A DNA stretch of 64,000 nt from Planctomycetota bacterium (lineage in GTDB: Bacteria; Planctomycetota; UBA1135; UBA2386): contig CANMWZ010000004.1 in NCBI GenBank assembly GCA_947501605.1, positions 128,001 through 192,000 of the forward strand, given 5' to 3'. Shown in pieces: positions 19,780 to 29,114 of the stretch. The translations under genes were made by a program, and so were the position numbers. Below the pieces are notes generated by a model. It saw only the letters and a list, made by a program, of their open reading frames with translations. It was not told the DNA's origin and made no database searches. Every line of letters begins with the position of its first letter. Position 1 is the stretch's first letter.

Positions 19780-19848
19780 GGGCGTTTCTAGCGAGTGGGT
19801 TGGGGATGTCAAGCGCGGCGATCGCGCTACCCGCAAGGGCCGCCTCGA

Positions 19849-20460
19849 TCAACGGAGGCGGAAGTCGTGACGCTGGGTGACGGCGAAGGTGCCACTCGTC
19901 GGATCGAGCAGGAGCCACTGTGCAGCGAGGGCGATGCCGCCAGTAGCGGTGACGGGCAATGGCAGGTTGACGTGCGCGTAGCCGCGGTCGAGGCCTGTGG
20001 AGCCGATGACTGTAGGCACGGCGACGGCCGGGGCGACGAAGGCGGAGCAGCCGGTCCAACCGAACGGATCGAGGGCGATGGGGAGGGCGAGGCCGGCGTA
20101 GGAGGTATCACTGGCGAAGCCGCCGACGAGCCATCCGAGGGAGCCGGGGGAGCCGGCAGCTACTGTGATGAGGGCGTTGCCTTGGACTTGGCGCGTGCTG
20201 ATTTGAGGGAGGTCTGGGGTGGAGCTGTGGGCTATGCCGTTCGCGGGGCCCTGGCCGATGAGGTGGGTGTCGAGGGTGTGGATGGTCCCGGGCGACCTCG
20301 TGACTGTGTCAGGCCAAACGAGGACTTGATAGGGACTGCCGGCATGGGAGCCCAGGTTCACCAACGTGTTGGGATTGACGAGGTCCCCGCCGCGCGAACC
20401 ATTAGGGAATACCAGGGGATGGCGTGCGGTTCGGAAATGTGCAGGGGTGGCTACCTGGAC
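19849..20460 (-). pseudogene. Probable 3' remnant of a secreted protein with the lineage C-terminal domain
   Basis: C-terminal LPIALDPFGWTGC...VNLPLP...IALAAQWLLLDP. No signal peptide or credible start. Abuts the AT-richer islet. Confidence 0.5.
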
Positions 20461-20642
20461 CGATCGGGCTGAATGGTTTGCGGGTGTATCGGTGGAATTG
20501 GGCCCGAGTAAAGCGCAACAGGGGCCTCGCCCCTCCTTACGACGCCTGCGCAAAGCATGCCCTACAGCTCAGCTCCGTCACCGGCGAACTTTTCCTTTCA
20601 CGGCCCTTGACGCGACGTGTTGGACCTGTTTCCTTTGCCTGC

Positions 20643-20960
20643 ATGAACCTTGAACCGGTGGAGGATCCATTCACGCCGCTCCTGGATAAGTGCGATTTCA
20701 TGATAGCGAAGGGCTTCATGACGACAGCGCGACGCGACGAGCTGCTGGCCCAAGTTTCCATTCTGGAGAACGCAATGGCACAGCTAACCCAGGATCATCC
20801 AGGTGAGTTTGTAGCAGTTGCTAACGGAAAGTTCTATTTTGCAGACAGTGTCGAAGCTGTCGAAGATGAGGTCATGACGCAACAGCCATCGCACATGTTT
20901 GCTTTGGCCGGTATCTCGCCGGCAAAATACCGCTTCGACATCCCAGCTTCAGGGGGCTAG
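20643..20960 (+). CDS. DUF5678-like small protein
   Basis: LTQDHPGEFVAVANGKFYFADSVEAV resembles the L..YPGE(Y/F)VA...G family motif. Confidence 0.6.
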   Translation: MNLEPVEDPFTPLLDKCDFMIAKGFMTTARRDELLAQVSILENAMAQLTQDHPGEFVAVANGKFYFADSVEAVEDEVMTQQPSHMFALAGISPAKYRFDIPASGG

Positions 20961-20964
20961 ATTC

Positions 20965-21393
20965 ATGGCAAACGAACCAGGCGCAACACCATATCAGGGC
21001 GGAGTTCCAAGAGCCGCCGTTACGGTCACAGGTGATGCATGGCCCCCTCCTGGGCAAGGCTCGACCGTCCTCCCTGACGTCATCGTCGACTCGGGGGCCA
21101 GCGAAAGTATGCTCAGGAACGAGTCCACCGCAGGGCTCAAGCTCACAATCGTTGGCGTGGCCGTTGGGGACAAGCCAATGGGGCGCATGACTGCCCTGAA
21201 GGTAGAATTCGTGAACGGCGGATGGTCATTCAAAGCCAAGCAAGGCGCCGTCGAGGTCGCGAGAACCTGCACTCGCCCGTTTGCCCTCGGTGGCAATAAC
21301 ATGCTGGGAAACGACCAACTCGGAGAAGCCGGTTGCGGTCACGACAACCGGCCTACACAGAAGACCGGGACGATTTACGTTATGCCATCATGA
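20965..21393 (+). CDS. Retropepsin-like (clan AA) aspartic protease
   Basis: VIVDSGASESML catalytic motif and C-terminal NMLGNDQL (ILGRD-type motif). Single domain, 142 aa. Confidence 0.7.
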   Translation: MANEPGATPYQGGVPRAAVTVTGDAWPPPGQGSTVLPDVIVDSGASESMLRNESTAGLKLTIVGVAVGDKPMGRMTALKVEFVNGGWSFKAKQGAVEVARTCTRPFALGGNNMLGNDQLGEAGCGHDNRPTQKTGTIYVMPS

Positions 21394-21905
21394 CAATCAT
21401 TTCCGACAGGTTGAGCATGCTTGAGCGGCGCCTCCGCCGGACTCAAGCATGTCTTGTTGCAGTGGCTGCTGGAATTATCGCAGTTCTTGCGATGGCTGCG
21501 ATTCAAGACCCAAAGTCCATCAAGCCCGTTAGCCCCGGACCAATCAGAGCTACGAGATTCGACATTGTTGACTCTAAGGAGAGAGTTCGCGGAAGTTGGG
21601 AAATCGCCAACGACGGCGGTGAAGGCTCTCCATTGCTAACTCTTTGTGACGCCGCAAGCTCAAGTCGCATAGCGCTAAGCGTTGTTGCCGACATGCCGGT
21701 CATCACCGTAAGTGGCGCATTGAAGGATGACGGAGTCATGCGGGAGCGCATCTTGCTTTCGATCGGGCAAGATGCAAGCCCCGATATCAGGGTGTTCGAT
21801 TCCGATGGCATGCTGCGGAGTCAACTGTGCATTGGAAGTGAAGGTGCTGTCTTCCTTTTGATGGACAAGTCTGGCAAGACCGTTTTCCAGGCTCCTGTCA
21901 AGTAG
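21390..21905 (+). CDS. Membrane-anchored hypothetical protein with beta-strand repeats
   Basis: ATGA overlap. RLSMLERRLRR coil, TM helix, IRATRFDIVDSKERVR, repeated L.L.D..G..R units. Confidence 0.7.
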   Translation: MTIISDRLSMLERRLRRTQACLVAVAAGIIAVLAMAAIQDPKSIKPVSPGPIRATRFDIVDSKERVRGSWEIANDGGEGSPLLTLCDAASSSRIALSVVADMPVITVSGALKDDGVMRERILLSIGQDASPDIRVFDSDGMLRSQLCIGSEGAVFLLMDKSGKTVFQAPVK

Positions 21906-21924
21906 GAGGCCCCAAGTAGGAGGC
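21899..21924. repeat. Near-tandem 12-bp direct repeat at the islet border
   Basis: CAAGTAGGAGGC at 21899-21910 and 21913-21924. Confidence 0.8.
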
Positions 21925-22270
21925 GCGGCGCGACCCGGGCGACTCCACGGCGACACTGGTGTCAGATGCATGGGGAACTCCTGCAGCAAGGTTCCCTGTC
22001 GCGGCCGCACCGTGCAACCGCAGCTGCGGAAGGCTACGCCCGCTGCGCGTCGGACCGCAACCCCCTCGACGCGCGCCAAGTGGACGATCCGCGGCACCCA
22101 ACCGAGTTGCCACCATCCAACGCCTCATCGCAAGGCGAAGACCGCACTCGCGCCCCCTTCCCTCTCGCCCGCCACAATCCCTAGTCCTGCGCCTTGTGCC
22201 GTGCGCCTGACCGTTCCGATATCGTCCGCATGCCCACGACCCCCCGGCCCGACCTAGAAGCGCCCCGCAG

Positions 22271-23404
22271 ATGACCGACTTCGAACTCAACCGCGACTGC
22301 CGTCACGTGCACTGGGACCGCCCCTGTGCGCCGCACAAGAAGCGCGGCAAGGTCTGCGGCACCTGCGACGAGTACTCCCCGGTGCGCCACCGCGTCTTGA
22401 TGGTCAAGCTCGCTGCTACCGGCGACGTGTTGCGCACCACCAGCTTCCTCCCCGCGATTCATGCGACGTGGCCCGGTGCGCGCGTGACTTGGCTGACCAA
22501 GAAGGGCGCGGCGGGCCTGTTCGCCGGCAACCCGCTGGTCGCCGAGGTGCTCACCACCGACGACGCGATCACGGCCGCGCGCCTTGCGACCGAGGAGTTC
22601 GACGTCGTGCTCTGCCCCGATGCCGATCCCGAAGCCGCGGTGCTCGCTGCCATGGCCAAGGGCAAGGAGCGCCGTGGATTCGTGCGCACTGCCGATGGCC
22701 AGGTGAAGGCCCTGTCCGCAGGCGCCGAGCGCTGGTTCCAGATGGGGCTCTCCGACAGCCGCAAGAAGGCCAACACCCGCACCTACCAGGCCCTTGTCGC
22801 CGAAGTGCTCGGCTTCGATCCTGACTCCGTGCGCGAGCCCATTCTGGTGCCGAGTGCGCGCGACGAGCAGTCCGCGGCCGCATTCCACGCGAGCCTCGGC
22901 TTCAGCGGTCCGCTGGTTGGACTCAACACCGGAGCCGGTGGGCGTTGGGCCTACAAGCAGTGGACCAAGGCGCACCAGGAGACCTTCGTGCGCACCTGCA
23001 CGGACCAGGGGCTCGGCGTGATGCTGCTCGGTGGGCCCGAAGAAGTACAGCGGCACCAGGACCTGCTGGCGGTGAGCCAAGGCCGGCCGGTGTTTGATGC
23101 CGGCAACGACAACTCGTTCGGTCGCTTCGCCGCGCTGCTCGAACGCTGCCGCGTCGTCGTCACCAGCGATTCGCTTGCGGTGCATGTCGCGGCGGCGCGC
23201 AAAGTGCCGGCGGTGGTGTTGTTTGGCCCGACATCGGCGGCCGAGATCGAGCTGTACGGACGCGGCGAAAAGGTCGTGCCCGCGGGCCTCGACTGTCTCT
23301 GTTGCTACCTGCCGATGTGCGACAAGAAGCCGCATTGCCAGGCGCTGATTCAACCGGAACACGTGTTTCTGGCAGTGCAGCGGCAGTTGCTCCAGCGTTA
23401 CTAG
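22271..23404 (+). CDS. GT9 glycosyltransferase (heptosyltransferase-like)
   Basis: KLAATGDVLRTT, GLNTGAG..W..KQW, VVTSDSLAVHVAAA, VLFGPTS. Confidence 0.88.
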   Translation: MTDFELNRDCRHVHWDRPCAPHKKRGKVCGTCDEYSPVRHRVLMVKLAATGDVLRTTSFLPAIHATWPGARVTWLTKKGAAGLFAGNPLVAEVLTTDDAITAARLATEEFDVVLCPDADPEAAVLAAMAKGKERRGFVRTADGQVKALSAGAERWFQMGLSDSRKKANTRTYQALVAEVLGFDPDSVREPILVPSARDEQSAAAFHASLGFSGPLVGLNTGAGGRWAYKQWTKAHQETFVRTCTDQGLGVMLLGGPEEVQRHQDLLAVSQGRPVFDAGNDNSFGRFAALLERCRVVVTSDSLAVHVAAARKVPAVVLFGPTSAAEIELYGRGEKVVPAGLDCLCCYLPMCDKKPHCQALIQPEHVFLAVQRQLLQRY

Positions 23405-23431
23405 CAGTGGCGCAGGAGCCGCGACGGCGCA

Positions 23432-23462
23432 GCGGCGGGGAGGGGCGCGGTCTCCCCGCCGC
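23432..23462 (+). other. GC-rich hairpin downstream of GT9 (possible terminator, no U-tract)
   Basis: GCGGCGGGGAG-N9-CTCCCCGCCGC. Confidence 0.45.
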
Positions 23463-23623
23463 CGCATCGCGGGCGGAGCCGAGGCGCGAGCGCGGCGGTG
23501 CTCAGGGTTGGAGTCGATTCGCTCTTGCTGGACCGCCGCGCCTGGTTTGCGCGGGCTGCGACAGCGGCGCTGCCGCGGGTGCTCGCTGGACGCGCGGTGC
23601 TCGGTGCCGCAGGATGGGCGTCG

Positions 23624-24556
23624 ATGACGTTCCTTGGCCTCGATTGCGGCGGCACCAAGACGCGGACGGCGTGGTGGCCGCGCGGCGTGCATGAACTGGG
23701 CACGGGCGCTGCTGTGCAACCGGCCTCGCATGGCGTCGAGGCGGCGTCGCGGGCGCTGGTGGAACGGATCCGCACCGCCGACCCACGCAGCGAGGCCGAA
23801 GCGATCGTCGCGGCGATCGCCGGGGCGGGCGATGCGACGATCCGTTCGGAGTTGCTGCGTGCGGTGGCCGCTGCTGGCATTGCAACCAAGGTCGCAATCG
23901 TCGGCGACACTCTGGCGGCCGCTGCCGCCGTGCTCGAAACCGGCCCCGGAGCCCTGGTCTTTGCCGGCACGGGGTCCTTCGCCGTGGTGCGTGCAGTCGA
24001 CGGCACCTTGCACCGAACGGGCGGCCGCGGCCACCTGCTCGGCGACCAGGGCTCGGGCTATGACCTCGTGCGCCGAGCGGCCGCCGCGGTGGTGCTCGCC
24101 GTCGATGATCTTGGACCGCCGACCGCCTTGACCGAGGCTCTGTGCCGCGCCTTTGCGGCGCCCTCGCCATCGCGGCTTGGCGCCGTGTTGCAGCAGAAGG
24201 CGCAGGGCGAGGTCGCGGCGGCCTTGCCGATCGTCCTCGACTGCGCACTGCGTGGCGATCAAGCCGCGGGGGCCGTTCTCGAGGACGGCATGGAGATGCT
24301 GGCGATGGTCTGCAACGCTGCGGTGCGCACCGCCGATCTCGAATGGCGCGGATTGCCGGTGCACCTTGGTGGCGGCGTGCTCACGGGCAGCGACGCCCTC
24401 CGTGAATTGCTGCAAGCGCGGCTCCGAGGCTTTGGCGCCGGGCCGTTTGCGCTCGTGCCTGCCGATGCGGCGGCTCTTGGCGCCGCGCGGCTCGCGTTCG
24501 CGTGGCATCAGCGCGAACAACCGATGTGCCGATGGGTGGACGATGGCGCGCTCTGA
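23624..24556 (+). CDS. BadF/BadG-type N-acetylglucosamine/MurNAc kinase-like ATPase
   Basis: FLGLDCGGTKT, FAGTGS, GGRGHLLGDQGSGY, LGGGV. Confidence 0.85.
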   Translation: MTFLGLDCGGTKTRTAWWPRGVHELGTGAAVQPASHGVEAASRALVERIRTADPRSEAEAIVAAIAGAGDATIRSELLRAVAAAGIATKVAIVGDTLAAAAAVLETGPGALVFAGTGSFAVVRAVDGTLHRTGGRGHLLGDQGSGYDLVRRAAAAVVLAVDDLGPPTALTEALCRAFAAPSPSRLGAVLQQKAQGEVAAALPIVLDCALRGDQAAGAVLEDGMEMLAMVCNAAVRTADLEWRGLPVHLGGGVLTGSDALRELLQARLRGFGAGPFALVPADAAALGAARLAFAWHQREQPMCRWVDDGAL

Positions 24557-24971
24557 CCTCGTCCTCAGGGACGGCCGCGTTCTTGGCAAGGAACTGTTCG
24601 AGTTGTCGTTTTCGCGCGGCGGTGGCCCCGGCGGTCAGCACGTCAACAAGACCGAGACGAAGGTCGATCTTCGCCTCGACCTCGCGCGCGCCGAAGCCGT
24701 TCTGGGGCCGGACGACGTGGCCCGAATCCGGCAAGCGCTGACGTCGCGGCTCGATGCCGACGGCCATCTCGTCGTGGTCAGCAGTGAGCACCGGAGCCAG
24801 CTCGACAACATCGAAGCGGCCATGGCACGGATGCGGGCGCTGCTCGCCGGTGCCCTCGTGCGTCGGAAGTCGCGTCGCCGAACGCGGCCGACGCGCGGCA
24901 GCCAGGTGCGGCGCATGGACGAAAAGCGCCACCAGGGCGACAAGAAGCGCGGGCGCGGCAAGGTCGACTGA
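24543..24971 (+). CDS. arfB: Alternative ribosome rescue factor B
   Basis: FSRGGGPGGQHVNKTETKV, HRSQLDN, basic tail RRRTRPTRGS..RRMDEKR. Confidence 0.92.
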   Translation: MARSDLVLRDGRVLGKELFELSFSRGGGPGGQHVNKTETKVDLRLDLARAEAVLGPDDVARIRQALTSRLDADGHLVVVSSEHRSQLDNIEAAMARMRALLAGALVRRKSRRRTRPTRGSQVRRMDEKRHQGDKKRGRGKVD

Positions 24972-25068
24972 GCAGCACGCCGCCGGGACGTCCTCGTGGC
25001 GCCGGTCCGCGAATGTGCCGGTGCGACTCATCGCTGGACCCTGCGGGTGCCGATCCAGGGTCAGAGTC

Positions 25069-25911
25069 ATGTCGTCCGCATCCACCAAAGTCGATCTTCC
25101 CAGCTACGTCAGGCAGCAGTTGGATGCCAAGACGTTCGATTTGCCGATGCTCCCGGCGGTGATGACGGAAGTGCTGTCGCTGTGTCAGTCCGACACGGTC
25201 GATGCGTCGCGACTCTCACTCGTGATCCACCGCGACCCGACCCTGGCGGCCAACGTCCTGCGCGTCGCCAACTCGGTGATGTTCGCGGCACCAATGCCAT
25301 GCGGCTCGCTGCAACAAGCGGTGTCGCGGCTTGGCATGCAGCGCGTGTCCGAGATCGCGCTCGCATTGGCTGTGCGCGGCAATGTGTTCACTGCGCCTGA
25401 GTGCCAAGAGCTGCTGTCGCGGTTGTGGCGGCACGCGTTGATGGCGGCGTGGTTCTCGCGCGAGATCGCGCGGGCGCGGCGGCAGAACGTGGAAATGGCA
25501 TTCCTGTGCGGCCTGCTGCACGACGTCGGCAAGGCTGCGATCCTGACCAACATCCTGCATGCACCCGGTCGCGTCACGCTGACGGACGTCAGCGAGGTCT
25601 TGCACCAGTATCACGTCGAAGCGGGCGTACAGCTGGCGCGCACCTGGCGACTGCCCGAGATGATCGTCGAGTGCATCGAGTGTCACCATGAGCCGGCGCG
25701 CGCTTGCTACCACATGCAGCTCGCCATGACCGTGTGTCTTGGCGACGTGCTGGCGCAGTTTGCCGATTCTGCCTCCGACCACGCGAAGGCCGACGCCGAC
25801 GCCATTCGCCAGCATCCATCGCTCGCCGGGCTCAACATGTACCCCGACCAGCTCGAGGATCTATTGAAGCGCGCCAGCACGGCGCGGTCGTTCGCGGACG
25901 GCCTCGCATGA
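25069..25911 (+). CDS. Stand-alone HDOD-domain protein
   Basis: LPMLP, DPTLAANVLRVANS, QAVSRLG, GLLHDVGK, WRLPE..IECHH. Confidence 0.88.
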   Translation: MSSASTKVDLPSYVRQQLDAKTFDLPMLPAVMTEVLSLCQSDTVDASRLSLVIHRDPTLAANVLRVANSVMFAAPMPCGSLQQAVSRLGMQRVSEIALALAVRGNVFTAPECQELLSRLWRHALMAAWFSREIARARRQNVEMAFLCGLLHDVGKAAILTNILHAPGRVTLTDVSEVLHQYHVEAGVQLARTWRLPEMIVECIECHHEPARACYHMQLAMTVCLGDVLAQFADSASDHAKADADAIRQHPSLAGLNMYPDQLEDLLKRASTARSFADGLA

Positions 25912-27332
25912 GCCGGATTCCATCGGCCTGCGACATCGTTGTGATCGGCAGTGGACCGGCGGGTCAGAAGGCCGCGGTCCAGGCCGCCAAGGCTGGCCGC
26001 AGCGTCGTTCTGGTCGAACGCGACGTTGGCGTTGGCGGCAGTTGCGTGCACCACGGGACGATCCCGAGCAAGACGTTGCGCGAGACCGCGGTGTACTTGC
26101 GCGGCTTCCGGCTGCGTGCCGGCGATCATGTGCCGATCGAGATGCCGCCCGAGCTCCAGCTCACGAGCTTGATGGAGCGCAAGAACCGCGTCATCGCAGC
26201 GCACGAGTCGTTCCAGAGTCGGCAGATGCAGCGCAACGGCATCGTTCAAGTCCACGGTCGCGCCAGCTTCGTCTCGCCGACCGTGGTCGAAGTGCTGTCG
26301 GTGACTGGCGAGCGCACGCGCATCGAAGCGACGAACATCTTCATCGCGACCGGATCGCGGCCGCGCACGCCGGATGGCATCGCCATCGACCACGAGCACA
26401 TTCTCGACAGCGACTCGATCCTCAGCCTCGGGCATCTGCCAAAGTCGATGACCGTGCTCGGCGGTGGCGTGATCGCCTGCGAGTACGCGACGATCTTCGC
26501 GGCACTCGGTGTGCAGATCACGATGATCGACAAGGCCGCGCGACCGTTGTCATTCCTCGACACCGAGATCCTGGATCGCTTCGTCAGCTCGTTCGAGTGC
26601 AACGAGGGCTGCGTCTATGTCGGCTCGGCCGAGATCGAATCGGTGGCGTGGAATGGCTTCGATGCCGTGGTCACTCGACTCAAGAGCGGCTGGGAAGCGC
26701 GCTCGGACACCTTGCTCTGCGCGCTCGGTCGCGTGGCCAACGTGGATGGCCTCGACCTCGCCGCCGCCGGGCTTGCGACCAATGCACGCGGCCACATCCC
26801 GGTCGACGCGGACTGCCGTACCGCGGTGCCGCACATCTTCGCGGTCGGGGACGTGATCGGGCCGCCGTCGCTCGCATCGGCGTCGATGGAACAAGGGCGC
26901 CGCGCGATGCGCGTGGCGCTCGGACTGCCGCGGACCGAAGGCAACGACATGATTCCGGCCGGCATCTACACCGTGCCCGAGATCTCCAGCATCGGCCTCG
27001 ACGAGAAGGCCGCCACAGCTCGCGGGCTGACGGTGGTGGTCGGGCGCGCTCGCTTCGACGAACTGGCGCGCGGCCAGATCTCGGCGTGCACCGAGGGACT
27101 GTTGAAACTCGTCGTGGATGCCAACACGCAGAAGGTGCTCGGTTGTCAGATCCTGGGCGAAGGCGCCACCGAGTTGATCCACTTGGCGCAGATGGCGATG
27201 GCCGCTGGTTCGCCGGCGTCGACGTTCATCGAGACGGTCTTCAACTTTCCGACCATGGCCGAGGCCTATCGCGTGGCCGCGTTCGATGCGATGGCACAGT
27301 TGCAGCGCCGCCCGCAGCGAACCAACGGCTGA
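25908..27332 (+). CDS. sthA: Soluble pyridine nucleotide transhydrogenase
   Basis: IGSGPAGQKAAVQAAK, GGSCVHHGTIPSKTLRE, SMEQGR, FNFPTMAEAYRVAA. Confidence 0.9.
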   Translation: MSRIPSACDIVVIGSGPAGQKAAVQAAKAGRSVVLVERDVGVGGSCVHHGTIPSKTLRETAVYLRGFRLRAGDHVPIEMPPELQLTSLMERKNRVIAAHESFQSRQMQRNGIVQVHGRASFVSPTVVEVLSVTGERTRIEATNIFIATGSRPRTPDGIAIDHEHILDSDSILSLGHLPKSMTVLGGGVIACEYATIFAALGVQITMIDKAARPLSFLDTEILDRFVSSFECNEGCVYVGSAEIESVAWNGFDAVVTRLKSGWEARSDTLLCALGRVANVDGLDLAAAGLATNARGHIPVDADCRTAVPHIFAVGDVIGPPSLASASMEQGRRAMRVALGLPRTEGNDMIPAGIYTVPEISSIGLDEKAATARGLTVVVGRARFDELARGQISACTEGLLKLVVDANTQKVLGCQILGEGATELIHLAQMAMAAGSPASTFIETVFNFPTMAEAYRVAAFDAMAQLQRRPQRTNG

Positions 27333-27348
27333 GGCGCCGCCGCCGCGA

Positions 27349-28188
27349 TCACTCGCTGTCGAGTGGTGTGGGGCAAAAGAACCACAGCCCCGTGTCGCTT
27401 TGCAGCAGATCGTCGGTTGGCCGCAGCGGCATGGCGCGCAACAGCCTCTGCGGCGGCACGGCGCCGACGAGCAGCGACGACAATCCGGTTCGTTCTGGCA
27501 GGCGACCCAGTCCGAGCAAGTGGGACTGGCCGACGACGACGATGAGCAAGTGGTCTTGGTGCGCGCGCGCGGTGGCCTTGACTTCTGCAGCAATGCTGGG
27601 GTCGCGCTGCGCCAACGGCAATCGCGGCGTCGGCTCGAAGGCGCGCACCGGCGTGTTGCTGGCGCGGGCCATGCGCAGCAGCTCCCGGTAGTGCTCGCTG
27701 TCGACGTCGCCGCCGCCGAGCCACGACGCGGGCCAGCGATGTCGGACCACGGCAACCAGGCGGTCCATCGAACTCCGGCCGGCGAGGTAGTCGTCGAGGA
27801 TCGCCTGATCCTCGATGCCGACGGCCTCGAGCACGAGGCAGCACGGCGCGCCGGTGGCGAGCACGGCGCGCAGCAGTTCGCGTTGGCGCTGGTGCAGCCG
27901 TTCGTCGCGGTGGTGGTCGCCAAGCCACAGCGCGTTGTAGCTGCGCACCATGGACACGAACTCCGCTTGGCTCACACCGCGGTCGAAGCTCGTGCCCGCA
28001 TCCGTGTCGAACGCCGCCTGATACTCGCGGAGCTGGAGGTTGGCGCGACCCTGCCAGTCGACGCCCGGGCCGGTGCACGATGCGACTCCCAGCAGGGTGA
28101 GCCCCAAGGCGGCGGTCCATGCCGCGCGCGGCCGCCGATCGGGTCGCAAAAACGCGCTGGTGTGTCGTGGCCGGGGCAGAACTAGCAT
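27349..28188 (-). CDS. ChaN/PhuW-like lipoprotein
   Basis: Lipobox LGVASC. LWLGDHH, LVLEAV..EDQ..LDDYLAG, RD, VVVGQSHL. Confidence 0.65.
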   Translation of the reverse strand: MLVLPRPRHTSAFLRPDRRPRAAWTAALGLTLLGVASCTGPGVDWQGRANLQLREYQAAFDTDAGTSFDRGVSQAEFVSMVRSYNALWLGDHHRDERLHQRQRELLRAVLATGAPCCLVLEAVGIEDQAILDDYLAGRSSMDRLVAVVRHRWPASWLGGGDVDSEHYRELLRMARASNTPVRAFEPTPRLPLAQRDPSIAAEVKATARAHQDHLLIVVVGQSHLLGLGRLPERTGLSSLLVGAVPPQRLLRAMPLRPTDDLLQSDTGLWFFCPTPLDSE

Positions 28189-28256
28189 GACGACACACTA
28201 CCCATGAGGAACTTCCGCACCATCTCGTCGCACCCTCGGAACGACGGAGCCCGTCG

Positions 28257-29033
28257 ATGACTCGATCTCTGCATGGCAAACGCATTGTCGTCACCGGCGG
28301 TGGCAGCGGCATCGGTGCTGGAATCGCCGAGGTGCTCGGCGAGCACGGTGCCGTCCTGGCTCTACTCGGCCGGCGCAAGGACGCGCTCGACGCGGTCGCC
28401 GCGCGCCTTGCGGCGAAGGGCGTGCGGGTCTCGACGTTTACGGCTGACGTCACCGACCGAGCCGCCACCGAGGCCGCAATCGATGCCGCCGCCAGGGCGA
28501 TGTCGGGCCTCGACGGCGTCGTCAACAACGCCGGCGTCGGCGGGCCCAATGGCTGCGCGCTGCCGGGGCCTGATCGCTTCGACGAGATCATGCGCACCAA
28601 CGTCGATGGCGTGTTCCACAGCTCGCGGGCGGCCTGCAAGCACTTGATCGACGGCGGCCGCATCGTCTCGATCAGCTCGGTGCTGGGTCGCTTCGGCGTG
28701 CCGGGTTACACCGCCTACTGCGCCAGCAAGCATGCGGTCATCGGCATGATGAAGGCGCTGGCACTCGAACTCGCCCCGCGCCGCATCACCGTCAACACCA
28801 TCTGTCCAGGTTGGGTCGATACCGGCATGGCCAAGCAGGGGATGGAGTTGTTGGCGCAGACCATGGGTACTTCCTTCGAGCAGGCGCGCACGGCAGCGCT
28901 GTCGGCTGTGCCACTCGGTCGCATCCTGCAGCCGCGCGAGGTGGGCGAACTCACCGCCTGGCTTTGCAGCGACGCGGCGAGCGGGATGACGGGCCAAGCG
29001 ATCACGCACGACGGCGGCCAGGTCATGTGGTGA
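28257..29033 (+). CDS. SDR-family oxidoreductase
   Basis: TGGGSGIG, NNAG, YCASK, ICPGWVDT. Confidence 0.92.
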   Translation: MTRSLHGKRIVVTGGGSGIGAGIAEVLGEHGAVLALLGRRKDALDAVAARLAAKGVRVSTFTADVTDRAATEAAIDAAARAMSGLDGVVNNAGVGGPNGCALPGPDRFDEIMRTNVDGVFHSSRAACKHLIDGGRIVSISSVLGRFGVPGYTAYCASKHAVIGMMKALALELAPRRITVNTICPGWVDTGMAKQGMELLAQTMGTSFEQARTAALSAVPLGRILQPREVGELTAWLCSDAASGMTGQAITHDGGQVMW

Positions 29034-29114
29034 CCGCCGTCGCGTGCGAGAGAGTCGGCCGCGCCAGCATCTCTGTTGGCCGGGCCAGCGCGGCCTGGCC
29101 CGCGGCCGTCGTTC

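Noticed and set aside
20460..22270. Integron cassette (attC) or IS ends around the islet
   Set aside because: I found no RYYYAAC...GTTRRRY palindrome, terminal inverted repeats, integrase or transposase by eye.
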